64,000 bases of DNA from Bacteroidota bacterium (GTDB lineage Bacteria; Bacteroidota; Bacteroidia; Bacteroidales; FEN-979). How positions within the stretch are numbered: the first letter of the stretch is position 1; every line of letters begins with the position of its first letter. Where the stretch lies: positions 89-64,088 of the forward strand of contig JAPLDK010000075.1 of assembly GCA_026391775.1 (NCBI GenBank), read 5' to 3'. A program made the position numbers and the translations under genes. Below the pieces are notes generated by a model, which did no database searches, was not told the origin of the DNA, and saw only the letters and a program-made list of their open reading frames with translations. Shown piece after piece: positions 20,329 to 29,947 of this stretch.

Positions 20329-20679
20329 ATGGAATGGATTGAGAAACTGGATGGATCGGTGATAGTCAGCGACCTGAGTGGTAAGGTGATTTATGCAAAT
20401 GATACCGCCGTGCGTACATTTGTAAAACCCGGCGAGCAGCCTTTGCCGGGCCGCGACCTTATGGAATGCCACAATGATCACTCTCAAAAGATCATCAGTA
20501 CAATCATGGAACAAAAGGTGAAAAATGTGTATACCATCGAAAAAAAAGGAAAGAAAAAGCTGATTTATCAGACTCCCTGGGTTGTGGAGGGCGAATTGAA
20601 GGGCCTGGTTGAATTATCCCTGGAAATTCCTTTCGATATGCCGCATTTTGTGAGGGAATATGTAAAGATTTCATTATGA
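20329..20679 (+). CDS. stand-alone PAS-domain protein
   Basis: 116 aa with a PAS-like pattern (GSVIVSDLSGKVIYANDTAVRTF...GRDLMECH). It overlaps the next gene by ATGA. Confidence 0.55.
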   Translation: MEWIEKLDGSVIVSDLSGKVIYANDTAVRTFVKPGEQPLPGRDLMECHNDHSQKIISTIMEQKVKNVYTIEKKGKKKLIYQTPWVVEGELKGLVELSLEIPFDMPHFVREYVKISL

Positions 20680-21917
20680 GAAAAATTATTTGTCTTTTAT
20701 CACTGATCACAATACTTACCGGTGGCTGTATCCGTCACAATCTTCTGAAACAGGGGCCTTATCTGGGGGTGTTACGGATCGACAGTACCGAACATGAAAT
20801 GGACCTTCCCTTTAATATGATCTATGCCATAACCCCCGACGGACAAAAGATCATGCAGGTCTCAAATGCCAATGAGATCATTATGATCAGCGAACTGGCT
20901 TTTTCGGGGGATACTGTCTTCATGAAATTTCCTGTTTTTACCTCTGAGATAATCGCACTTATCAGGCACGATTCCCTGATCGGCAGATATTACCCGAAAG
21001 GTAAGGAAGCGGGGAGATGGTATACATTTTATGCATTACCGGGAGTGACAGACCGTTTTCCCTGGTCGACCCAGGAAGCTGGTGCAAATGTGACAGGCCG
21101 TTGGAAGATAAACGAAAATGCAGGCACTCCCGATTCCTCTGTCATGATTGGTGAATTCGTACAGGAGAGTAACCGTGTTACCGGCACAATATTGAATACC
21201 GGGGGAGACTATCGGTACCTGGAGGGAAAAGTTTCCGGGAATAAATTCATGATCTCTGCGATTGACGGGGCTCATACTTTGATACTGACTGCCGGAATTT
21301 CCAAACAGGGTAAACTGGAGAATGGCAGGTTTATGGGGAGCCCGAATTGGAAAAGCAGCTGGACTGCTGAGAAAAATGAAACAATTACACTTCCGAAGAT
21401 GGATGAACTTGTTAAATTAAAACCCAATGCCCGTCCATTCACTTTTGAACTCCCGGATATCAACGGGGATAAAGTTTCGCTTGCCGATCCGAAATTCAAA
21501 GATAAGGTTGTCGTGGTTATGGCCATTGGAACATGGTGTCCGAACTGTCTCGATGAAACAATCTTTTTCAGGGAGATGTATACAAATTACAGAGATAAAG
21601 GCCTTGAGCTGGTCGCTCTTTGTTTTGAAGACAAGACCATGGAGGATTCAAAACCAAGGATCGAAAGGTTTATTGCCCAGACCGGTGCCGGGTATACTTT
21701 CCTTTATGCCGGGCCAAGGGGCCGTGAATCAGTGCAATCTGTATTGTTTAACATGGATGGCCGTTTGGCATATCCCACGACCCTGTTTATTGACAGGAAA
21801 GGGGTGATCCGCAAAGTTGAAACAGGATTTTCCGGCCCTGGCACAGGCCGGCATTACGAAGAGTTCTGTAAGGAAACCACGAAATTCATTGAAACTTTAC
21901 TCGAAGAAAAACCATGA
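20676..21917 (+). CDS. TlpA/thioredoxin-like thiol:disulfide oxidoreductase lipoprotein with a long N-terminal domain
   Basis: Lipobox (ILTGGC). The C-terminal redoxin domain carries a WCPNC active site (VVVVMAIGTWCPNCLDE). The ~250-aa N-terminal region is unassigned. Confidence 0.75.
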   Translation: MRKIICLLSLITILTGGCIRHNLLKQGPYLGVLRIDSTEHEMDLPFNMIYAITPDGQKIMQVSNANEIIMISELAFSGDTVFMKFPVFTSEIIALIRHDSLIGRYYPKGKEAGRWYTFYALPGVTDRFPWSTQEAGANVTGRWKINENAGTPDSSVMIGEFVQESNRVTGTILNTGGDYRYLEGKVSGNKFMISAIDGAHTLILTAGISKQGKLENGRFMGSPNWKSSWTAEKNETITLPKMDELVKLKPNARPFTFELPDINGDKVSLADPKFKDKVVVVMAIGTWCPNCLDETIFFREMYTNYRDKGLELVALCFEDKTMEDSKPRIERFIAQTGAGYTFLYAGPRGRESVQSVLFNMDGRLAYPTTLFIDRKGVIRKVETGFSGPGTGRHYEEFCKETTKFIETLLEEKP

Positions 21918-21920
21918 TGA

Positions 21921-22910
21921 TCAGTACGCCCACTTGAGCCATATACTGCCCCAGGTGAATCCACCTCCGAAGGCAGCCAGTATGATATTGTCGCCTTTTT
22001 TCAGTTTATTTTCCCATTCCCAGAGACATAAGGGGATCGTCCCGCCGGTAGTGTTACCGTAACGCTCAATGTTGATCATGACCTGCTCGGTTCCGATACC
22101 CATTCGCCTGGCGGTTGCATCAATAATGCGAAGGTTTGCCTGGTGAGGAACCAGGTATGAAATGTCTTCTGATTTCAGGTTGTTCCTGGCCATGATCTCT
22201 GCTGCCACATCAGCCATTTTAGTCACCGCAAATTTAAAAACCGGCTGGCCTTCCTGGAAAACGAAATGCTCTTTGGCATCGATGGTTTCATAGGAAGGCG
22301 GTTTTAAAGAACCGCCTGCTTTCATATGCAGGTAAAACCGGCCTGAGCCATCCGAATGCAAAATCGAATCCATAATTCCTACTTCCTCTGTTGTTGGTTC
22401 CAGAAGAATGGCTCCTGCAGCATCTCCGAACAAAACGCAGGTATCCCGGCTGGTGTAATCTGTGATCGATGACATCTTATCGGCACCAATAACGATAGCT
22501 TTCTTTACGGTCCCTGTTTCAACATATTTGGATGCGGTCACCAGGGCATACAGAAGGCCTGAACAGGCGGCATTCATGTCGAAACCAAAAGCATTCTTTA
22601 TCCCCGCCTTGTCGCAAACGATATTTGCAGTTGCAGGGAAAATCATATCCGGAGTCACCGTAGCACAGATAACCATCCCGATCTCTTCAGGGCGGGTCCC
22701 GGTTTTTTCTAGCAGCCCTTTCACAGCTTCAACGGCCATATCGGATGTTCCCAGCCCCTCACCTTTCAGGATATGCCTTTCCCTGATACCGGTGCGTGTA
22801 ATGATCCATTCATCCGAAGTATCCACCATGGACTCTAATTCTTTATTGGTAAGGATATATGGTGGGACCCAGCCTTGAATCCCGGTAATTGCCGCTCTAA
22901 TTCTGGTCAT
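21921..22910 (-). CDS. fabH: 3-oxoacyl-ACP synthase III
   Basis: Active-site Cys context ([11 protein letters not shown]), HQAN and GNTTGGT motifs, 329 aa. Confidence 0.95.
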   Translation of the reverse strand: MTRIRAAITGIQGWVPPYILTNKELESMVDTSDEWIITRTGIRERHILKGEGLGTSDMAVEAVKGLLEKTGTRPEEIGMVICATVTPDMIFPATANIVCDKAGIKNAFGFDMNAACSGLLYALVTASKYVETGTVKKAIVIGADKMSSITDYTSRDTCVLFGDAAGAILLEPTTEEVGIMDSILHSDGSGRFYLHMKAGGSLKPPSYETIDAKEHFVFQEGQPVFKFAVTKMADVAAEIMARNNLKSEDISYLVPHQANLRIIDATARRMGIGTEQVMINIERYGNTTGGTIPLCLWEWENKLKKGDNIILAAFGGGFTWGSIWLKWAY

Positions 22911-22921
22911 GAAAACTTTTG

Positions 22922-23881
22922 TTAGATGTTGTTGATGGTGTACTGCTCAAGAGCATGCTTTATCCTCGATGTAAGCTTAGCCTCATGGATCTCCCTGGAA
23001 AGCAGGATCATGTTCTTGATTGCAATACTGTTTGAGATCCCATGGCCGACGATTACGTTCCCGTTCACTCCCAGTATTGGCGTACCGCCATAGATCTCGT
23101 AATTGAAACGGTCGAGGTAGGTATCCTTTATTCCGCGTTTTATAAAAACACGGTACATGGCTTCGATCTGTTTAAGCACTATGTTGCCGACAAAGCCGTC
23201 GCATACGATAACATCCACGTTGTCCCTGAATAGCTCCCTGCCTTCAACATTTCCGATGAAATTATAATCCTTCGATTCCTTCATCAGCTGAAAGGCCGAT
23301 TGGGTGGTAAGGCTGCCTTTTTTTTCTTCGGATCCGATGTTCAGAAGGCCTACCCTTGGATTCTTTACATGAAATACATGCTCGGCAAACAGGGATCCCA
23401 GTAAACCGAACTGGTACATCACATCTGGCTTGGCATCAGGATTCGTTCCCACATCAATGAGAATTGACATCCCGCCATTCTCCTTGGCAATATAGGCTGG
23501 AGAGCTTGGACGGATAATGCCCTGAATGTTTCCCACGCTATAGATGGCTCCGACAAGCATTGCCCCGCTGCTGCCTGCACTCGCAAATGCATGGATCTCT
23601 TCGTGCTTCAGCATACGGAAACCGGTTGAAATGCTTGAATTCGGCTTGTTAACAAGAGCCTTTGTGGGGCTTTCATCCATCTCAATGAGATCAGGAGCAT
23701 CCACGATCTCAAATTGTGAAGGGTTTACATTCTCTTCCTTTAAAAAGACAAGGATGTTATCCTTATCTCCTATTAAAACGATCTTGTCGGTGGAAGGCAA
23801 CTCTTTAAGAGCCATAATTGCACCATGCATCGTAGCATTCGGTGCAAAATCACCTCCCAGTACATCTAACCCGATCTTCAT
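22922..23881 (-). CDS. plsX: phosphate acyltransferase
   Basis: [15 protein letters not shown]-terminus and [10 protein letters not shown] motif, in the conserved rpmF-plsX-fabH order. Confidence 0.95.
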   Translation of the reverse strand: MKIGLDVLGGDFAPNATMHGAIMALKELPSTDKIVLIGDKDNILVFLKEENVNPSQFEIVDAPDLIEMDESPTKALVNKPNSSISTGFRMLKHEEIHAFASAGSSGAMLVGAIYSVGNIQGIIRPSSPAYIAKENGGMSILIDVGTNPDAKPDVMYQFGLLGSLFAEHVFHVKNPRVGLLNIGSEEKKGSLTTQSAFQLMKESKDYNFIGNVEGRELFRDNVDVIVCDGFVGNIVLKQIEAMYRVFIKRGIKDTYLDRFNYEIYGGTPILGVNGNVIVGHGISNSIAIKNMILLSREIHEAKLTSRIKHALEQYTINNI

Positions 23882-23941
23882 TAGTCAGAATTTAGTTAAA
23901 CAACTGATTAATTAGTCGGTGAATGATCCTGCATGACAGGA

Positions 23942-24127
23942 TTATTCTGCAGCTGACTTTTCAACAGCCTGCTTCCCCCGGTAATAACCGCATTCAGGAC
24001 ATACCCTGTGATAAAGAACCGGTGCACCGCAATTCGAGCAGAGAGCAAAGGTAGGACTTTCAGCTTTATCATGAGTACGTCTTTTATCCCTGCGTTGGTT
24101 GGAAATTTTTCGTTTCGGATGTGGCAT
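23942..24127 (-). CDS. rpmF: 50S ribosomal protein L32
   Basis: MPHPKRKISNQRRDKRRTHDK N-terminus plus a CxxC..CxxC zinc ribbon, 61 aa. Confidence 0.92.
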   Translation of the reverse strand: MPHPKRKISNQRRDKRRTHDKAESPTFALCSNCGAPVLYHRVCPECGYYRGKQAVEKSAAE

Positions 24128-24157
24128 ACAAAATTATATTTATAAATATTAAAAACA

Positions 24158-24670
24158 CTATTTTTTTTCCCTGAGTTTATTCAGAACCTCCCAGCGCGGA
24201 TCAGGAGCATGGGATTCTTTTAACTCCTCAAGTTTCTTTAAAATGTCAGGGTTGCAAAGGCTTTCACCCTTACTATTATTCCCGTGAACCCGGTAAGCCG
24301 GAAGCATCAGACTTACATATTCATAAATGAACTGACTAAGGTCAAACCTGCTCTCCGATTCCTTTACGATCTGGACATCTTCACTCTCTTCTTCATTGTG
24401 GTCACTGAGCTTGACAACCAGGCTTTGCTGACCTTTCAGGTTCATCGTAAGTGGATCACCGCAACGGTCGCAAGACAAATTGACACTCCCACTGATATCG
24501 AAACGCAAAACCAGCATACGTTCCTCCTTTTCCATATCGATATGCACCCTTACCTTACTGCCGGTGATTTCATTTAACTGGTAATATTCAAAGAACGTTT
24601 GATCCAGATTGAAATCAAAACTATGTGTGCCAGGTTTCAATCCGCTGAACTGGATCTGATATTTTTCCAT
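24158..24670 (-). CDS. DUF177 (YceD-like) protein
   Basis: Conserved partner upstream of rpmF, with a CDRCGDP motif. The track start at 24700 is TTG, so I use the ATG at 24670 (MEKYQIQF..). Confidence 0.8.
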   Translation of the reverse strand: MEKYQIQFSGLKPGTHSFDFNLDQTFFEYYQLNEITGSKVRVHIDMEKEERMLVLRFDISGSVNLSCDRCGDPLTMNLKGQQSLVVKLSDHNEEESEDVQIVKESESRFDLSQFIYEYVSLMLPAYRVHGNNSKGESLCNPDILKKLEELKESHAPDPRWEVLNKLREKK

Positions 24671-24743
24671 CTTCTCCACTTCCTTTGAAAAAGCCTGCAA
24701 AATTAAAAATTAATTTGGTGACTACCAAACCTGTAATTAGTCA

Positions 24744-24751
24744 TATATTTG
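24744..24751 (+). promoter_or_regulatory. -7 promoter box TATATTTG
   Basis: TAnnTTTG match 35 nt upstream of the ATG at 24786. Confidence 0.4.
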
Positions 24752-24785
24752 TATATGCATACATTGGACCATAAATTTCAGCGAT

Positions 24786-25697
24786 ATGTTCAATAAGATT
24801 ATTACGTGGATGATCCCTTTCATGCCTAAAAAACTCATATGGGTTTTTTCAAGAAAATATATAGCAGGCGAGACCATTGATGATGCGATAAAAGTCAGCA
24901 GGGACCTTAATTCCAGGGGAATCAGGATCACAATAGACCTGCTTGGTGAATTCATAACAAATCTTGATCAGGCTGCTGAAAATAAAAAAGCCTACCTGTC
25001 AATTATTGAGAGGGTGCAAAAAGAAAAAATAGATGGGAACTATTCTCTGAAACCGACCAGTTTTGGATTGCTCCTCGACAAGGAAGTCTGTTACAAGCAT
25101 ATCAGGGAGATTGTTGCACAGGCTGCTTCTTTTGGTAATTTTGTGAGGATCGACATGGAAGATTCCCCCTGCACTGACCCCGAGATCGAACTTTTCAGAA
25201 AGCTGAAAAAGGAATTTCCAGGAAACGTGGGTCTGGTTGTACAATCTTACCTGAAACGCAGCCTGCAGGACCTGAAAGACCTGAAAGATCTTAATTCCCC
25301 GGCAATCCGTCTTAATTTCAGGCTTTGCAAAGGCATCTATGTTGAACCGGAAGCCATTGCATTCAAAAAATACAAGGAGATCAACGATCATTATTTGGAA
25401 GACCTTGAGTTTATGTTTGCCAATGGATATTACCCTGGTATAGCCACGCATGACAAGCCTTTGGTGGAAGAGGCATACAAGCTGATAGAAAAATATCAGG
25501 TGCCAAGATCCGGGTATGAGTTCCAGATGCTTTATGGCGTAACACCCGATTTAAGGAAAAGAATTCTTGAAAAAGGCCATGCCATGAGGGTATACGTTCC
25601 GTTTGGCAAGGAATGGTTCGGATACTCCACGCGCCGCCTAAAGGAAAATCCCAAGATGGCAAGCCATATTATTAAGGCCTTGTTTATTAGGGGATAA
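24786..25697 (+). CDS. monofunctional proline dehydrogenase (PutA ProDH-domain family)
   Basis: 303 aa, TIM-barrel ProDH pattern. The C-terminal signature MLYGV...RVYVPFGKEWFGYSTRRLKENP is typical of short ProDH enzymes. Confidence 0.82.
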   Translation: MFNKIITWMIPFMPKKLIWVFSRKYIAGETIDDAIKVSRDLNSRGIRITIDLLGEFITNLDQAAENKKAYLSIIERVQKEKIDGNYSLKPTSFGLLLDKEVCYKHIREIVAQAASFGNFVRIDMEDSPCTDPEIELFRKLKKEFPGNVGLVVQSYLKRSLQDLKDLKDLNSPAIRLNFRLCKGIYVEPEAIAFKKYKEINDHYLEDLEFMFANGYYPGIATHDKPLVEEAYKLIEKYQVPRSGYEFQMLYGVTPDLRKRILEKGHAMRVYVPFGKEWFGYSTRRLKENPKMASHIIKALFIRG

Positions 25698-25699
25698 TT

Positions 25700-28600
25700 C
25701 TACTTGAACGCCTTCTCCGGCATGCCGTCACCGCTGAGTTTCAGCCTGTCAAAATATGAAGGCGTTGGCTTGCCCAACAGCTTGTCGACATACATCCTGG
25801 CAAGGTACTGTCCAAGCATAAAGCCCTGGCCCCTGAGGCCCAGGAACAATCCAAGTTCGGGATCTATCACCATCCGGGGCTCCACATAGTATCCCGCCCA
25901 CACAGCCTGGAATCCGACTGAAGACAGCTCAGGTATCCAGTTAGTGAAAACTTCAGAAGCAATCTCAATGAAATCCTCTGTATTGATTTTGATATTTTTA
26001 TCAGCTTCCTGAGAATCGACAGCGGGTGAGGCACATCCAATGATTTGCCCGGTTTCGCCGAGCTGCTGTCCGTAAACAGCTGTAAATCCCTTATATCTCC
26101 TTCTGTCGATTAACATGGGCAATGGGCTTCCATTATTACCCAGCATTGGAAGCCGGCGGGTTATGAACGCCTGGTGCTTGACAGGATAAAGGCCAGTGTC
26201 AAGTCCAAGGGTTTTGGCGAATTTGTCGCCTTCGGGACCAAGTGCATTGATAAATATTCCGGTCTCAAATTCAACATATTCCTTGGCGTGATTCATCACC
26301 AGTAGCTTGTATTGCCCGTCAACCTTATTTACATCCACAAGCCGGCAATCTTCCTCAACCTTTCCCCCTTGTTCAATACCTATCCGGCGGATCAGGTCGA
26401 TCACCCTGCCGGGAGTAGCCTGCCAGCAATTTTTTGTGATCAGTGCCGCAAGGTAATTGGTTATGGAAGGATTGATCCTGGGAGATATTTCCTTTCGAAA
26501 ATCCGTTGGCTCCACCATGATGGCATCGGACCACGACATGGATGCTTCCAGGGCTCGGTACATCTGCTCATCATGAGCAAAGGTTACATACAGAATAGGC
26601 CTGAAATCAACATTATGAACGTTCTGAAGTTCTTTAAATATCTCAAGGTTATGGTTGGCAATATCGCTGAGTTCCGGCAGTGAGAAATTCGGCCTGCCAC
26701 CGGCAATATTCCGCCATGATGCACCGCGTCCGTAATTCAGCAATACCGGTTCCAGTCCGGCCTCGCTCAGGTAACGGAACAAAGCACTCCCTCCAATGCC
26801 GCCACCGGCAACCAGTGAACGCACCTTGATTCTCTTTGTTTTCTTTCCGTTGATCTCAGTAATAACCTCTTCATGCACATTCCTCGGGTACAATTCCCCC
26901 ATTGAAACCTGATTCGACAACGGCCCCCGTGGTGTAGGTTCACCCACAATACTTATCCCGGTTCCTGCAAGCCGGGTCTTCAGGCGCTTGATACAACGCT
27001 TCCCGCGGCAGGCGCCCATTCCAAGCCTTGTTGTATGCTTCACCTCATCCACCGAAATAAACTTCCTCTCGCCAATCACCTCCATGATCTCATCAAGGGT
27101 TACATCGTCGCAATGGCAAACGTATGTAGGTTCCTCCGATTCGTGCTTGTATGGCCTGAACTCAACAGGATCAGGGTAGTCGGGCTTTACGATAAACCCT
27201 CTCACCCTCACGAGGTCCTCTCCATGAATGTCGGTCGCCCTTACACGGGCAATGTTTGTTTTGTTAGGTTTGCGAAGAATCTTCTCAACAATCCCCTGCC
27301 CGAGCTTTTGGCCGTTGTTATCTACCAGAAAACACTCCGATTTTTCTTCGGCTTCATACTCTATTGGCAGGAACAACCAGTCTTTCCTGAAATTATATCC
27401 GAAAATGGCCAGCCCGGGACACTGGTATACACAGTCCATACAGCCTGTACATTTATTAAAATCAATTTCAGGTACCGTGCTGGTGGATGACTTGGTGATG
27501 GCCCCGTTCGGGCATGCAAATGCGCAAGGGTTACAGGCAAATCCATACAGGCAGTCGATGAGCACAAACCCTTTTTCATTCATCCTTTCTTTGGAAGGCA
27601 GATAAAGATCCTGGATCACACGAATAGGATGTTGCTGGGAATCGATGTATTCCTTTGAAAGGGCAAGGAAAGCATCATAATCATAATGTTCTCCCATTTC
27701 CTGAAGTATCTCGTATGCAACCTGTTTGCCCCGAAGCACTGCACTTGTTCCTTCCCCGATGCGTATTGAATCTCCCGCTCCAAAACATTTCCTGCCAAAG
27801 ACTTCATTTCCCTTGATCAGAAGCTGGTCGTCGCATACAAGTCCGGTGCAGATGTTGATCGCGTCAATGCCGTCTATAACTTTTTCTGTTCCGGAGATGG
27901 GCTTGAAATTTTTGCATTCGGCCACTACGGCGCCCACGATACCGTCGTGGGTCTCGTTGGGAATGGCTTTAAGCAGAATATGTGAAGTCAGAACGGGAAT
28001 ACCAAGCCTTCTCACCCTGTTCGCCTGTACCGGGAATCCTCCCTCGCCGGGCATCGCCTCGAGAATGGCTTTCACCCTCGCACCCGCCTGCATTAGCTGG
28101 TAAGAAGTAAGGTATCCGATATTTCCTGCACCCACAGTCAATACATTTCTGCCAAGCAGTGTTAATTCGCTGTTCATCATTTTCTGAACCACTGCAGCAG
28201 TGAAAACACCGGGGAGGTCGTCGTTTTCAAAAGTCGGCATAAACGGCACCGCCCCGGTTGCAACGATAAGGAACTCGCTGTCTATAAAATAGATCTCGTC
28301 AGTAAGAATATTCTTCACTGCCAGCCGCCCTCCTTCAAGGATATCCCATACCGTTGAATTAAGAAATATACCTTCATGGCTTTCACCTGCCAGGGTTTTT
28401 GCAATATCGAAACCCCGCATTCCGCCAAATTTCTTTTCCCTTTCAAAGAAAAAGAACTGGTGCGTCTGCATCAGGAACTGCCCGCCAATTTTATCATTAT
28501 TATCTATTACGATACAATCGACCTTGTGATTGTTCAATTCCTCACGGGCTGCAAGTCCGGCCGGACCGGAACCTACAATGACAACGGTTGATTTATATAC

Positions 28601-28933
28601 TTTAATCCGTTCATCCTTTCTGACTTCTACCGGGCTCGGCTCATAATTACGGGGGATCTCCATAACTTCCTTTACACCATCAACCCTGGTAATACAGATC
28701 CGTTTGATTTGCCCGTCGACCAGCATTTCACAGGCTCCGCATTTACCGATGCCGCATTCAAGGCTTCGTTCGCGATTTTTGAGACTATGACTGTGAACAG
28801 GGTGACCGGCCTGGTGCAAGGCAGCAGCAATAGTGAATCCTTTTTCGCCTATAACTTCCCTGCCTTCAAATACAAAGGACACAGGCTGTGATTCGGGAAT
28901 ATCGAGAATGGGATGTTTGCTGATCTTGTACAT
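25700..28933 (-). CDS. multidomain flavo-iron-sulfur oxidoreductase: 2Fe-2S + FAD/NAD(P) disulfide-reductase fold + 2x[4Fe-4S] + BFD-like 2Fe-2S + DAO-type FAD dehydrogenase
   Basis: Motifs from N- to C-terminus: CGIGKCGACEM..RIC; VVIVGSGPAGLAA and LTVGAGNIGYL; CNPCAFACP and CTGCMDCVYQCP; CHCDDVTLDEI...GMGACRGKRC; VAGGGIGGSALFRYL. The track start at 28966 is TTG, so I use the ATG at 28933 (MYKISKHP), giving 1077 aa. Confidence 0.8.
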   Translation of the reverse strand: MYKISKHPILDIPESQPVSFVFEGREVIGEKGFTIAAALHQAGHPVHSHSLKNRERSLECGIGKCGACEMLVDGQIKRICITRVDGVKEVMEIPRNYEPSPVEVRKDERIKVYKSTVVIVGSGPAGLAAREELNNHKVDCIVIDNNDKIGGQFLMQTHQFFFFEREKKFGGMRGFDIAKTLAGESHEGIFLNSTVWDILEGGRLAVKNILTDEIYFIDSEFLIVATGAVPFMPTFENDDLPGVFTAAVVQKMMNSELTLLGRNVLTVGAGNIGYLTSYQLMQAGARVKAILEAMPGEGGFPVQANRVRRLGIPVLTSHILLKAIPNETHDGIVGAVVAECKNFKPISGTEKVIDGIDAINICTGLVCDDQLLIKGNEVFGRKCFGAGDSIRIGEGTSAVLRGKQVAYEILQEMGEHYDYDAFLALSKEYIDSQQHPIRVIQDLYLPSKERMNEKGFVLIDCLYGFACNPCAFACPNGAITKSSTSTVPEIDFNKCTGCMDCVYQCPGLAIFGYNFRKDWLFLPIEYEAEEKSECFLVDNNGQKLGQGIVEKILRKPNKTNIARVRATDIHGEDLVRVRGFIVKPDYPDPVEFRPYKHESEEPTYVCHCDDVTLDEIMEVIGERKFISVDEVKHTTRLGMGACRGKRCIKRLKTRLAGTGISIVGEPTPRGPLSNQVSMGELYPRNVHEEVITEINGKKTKRIKVRSLVAGGGIGGSALFRYLSEAGLEPVLLNYGRGASWRNIAGGRPNFSLPELSDIANHNLEIFKELQNVHNVDFRPILYVTFAHDEQMYRALEASMSWSDAIMVEPTDFRKEISPRINPSITNYLAALITKNCWQATPGRVIDLIRRIGIEQGGKVEEDCRLVDVNKVDGQYKLLVMNHAKEYVEFETGIFINALGPEGDKFAKTLGLDTGLYPVKHQAFITRRLPMLGNNGSPLPMLIDRRRYKGFTAVYGQQLGETGQIIGCASPAVDSQEADKNIKINTEDFIEIASEVFTNWIPELSSVGFQAVWAGYYVEPRMVIDPELGLFLGLRGQGFMLGQYLARMYVDKLLGKPTPSYFDRLKLSGDGMPEKAFK

Positions 28934-28963
28934 ATGCCAGTATTTTTGAGTCAAACGAGGGGA

Positions 28964-28971
28964 CAAAATTA
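28964..28971 (-). promoter_or_regulatory. -7 promoter box TAATTTTG (minus strand)
   Basis: TAnnTTTG match 31 nt upstream of the ATG at 28933. This argues the large oxidoreductase gene has its own promoter. Confidence 0.45.
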
Positions 28972-29009
28972 CAATTTTTTCTCAGCCAGGGAATAATCTG
29001 TGAAAGCTT

Positions 29010-29945
29010 TCACAAATGGAAGTCGAACCCGAATGAAAGCAGGTTTTCCATCCTTAGCTTCCGGCTTACATCTTCATCATAAAACAGCCTCGTTTGGAGG
29101 CTTGTTTTAAGAAAGCGGTTGATCCTGTATGCAAACAGATTTTTGAATGTCATATCAACAGAAGATTTATCGGCTTTAAACAGTAAAAGGTCGCAGCTCC
29201 ACTGGATCTTTTTCATTACCAGCCAATCGATAAGCAGGTGGAGGCTCATTCCGTATTCGAGACAAGAGTTCCGGCCTTTTTCAATTCCATAAAAAGAATC
29301 CCTGCCTGTTTTATCGAAAATGCCCCGGTCCTGGATATACGTAAGTTTGGCGGAGCTGATACCTATATCAAGCATCCCGGCTTTCATGAGATTTATTCCA
29401 AAGCCACCTGAAAAATTGCAGATCAGCGGTGTGAGAAATGAAGAACTTATGGTTTTTACAACTGAGCCTCCTGCGCCCTGTGAGACATCCCATGAATTAA
29501 AGATTCTCGTAGTAATTACAGAGGATGCCGTAAACTGAAGAAATTTTGCCACCTCGCAGGTGATCCGGGTGGTCAGAGTATTTTCATCAGTCTGAAATTT
29601 ACTGATGCTGTCAACATAATAAACCAGCCCAAGTATATGAACAAGGTCGTTGGTGAGATGGAAGTGTTTGGAGGAAATGACAAACTTACATTTCAGGTTT
29701 TGGAGGAAGGCCAACTGCCCGGCAGTTTTATCTCCCTCACCATTCACGCAATAATAACCGGATACGGACAAGCTGTAATCGAATTCATTGTTAAGAGTGA
29801 TTCTGTGGGGCATTTTCGGAAGGGCCGGGCGGAAGACAAGGGTACTGGCTGAATCGTCCCATCTAAGGTCCTGGGCGACAAGACGGGTTGCAAGCAAGCA
29901 GGCCAGAAGCAATCCTGCCATGAACCGCTTTCTCCCCTTTGTCAT
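29010..29945 (-). CDS. putative outer-membrane beta-barrel protein, unknown function
   Basis: Signal peptide (MAGLLLACLLATRLVAQ), alternating beta-strand-like pattern, and an aromatic-rich C-terminus (LSFGFDFHL). Confidence 0.5.
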   Translation of the reverse strand: MTKGRKRFMAGLLLACLLATRLVAQDLRWDDSASTLVFRPALPKMPHRITLNNEFDYSLSVSGYYCVNGEGDKTAGQLAFLQNLKCKFVISSKHFHLTNDLVHILGLVYYVDSISKFQTDENTLTTRITCEVAKFLQFTASSVITTRIFNSWDVSQGAGGSVVKTISSSFLTPLICNFSGGFGINLMKAGMLDIGISSAKLTYIQDRGIFDKTGRDSFYGIEKGRNSCLEYGMSLHLLIDWLVMKKIQWSCDLLLFKADKSSVDMTFKNLFAYRINRFLKTSLQTRLFYDEDVSRKLRMENLLSFGFDFHL

Positions 29946-29947
29946 AT

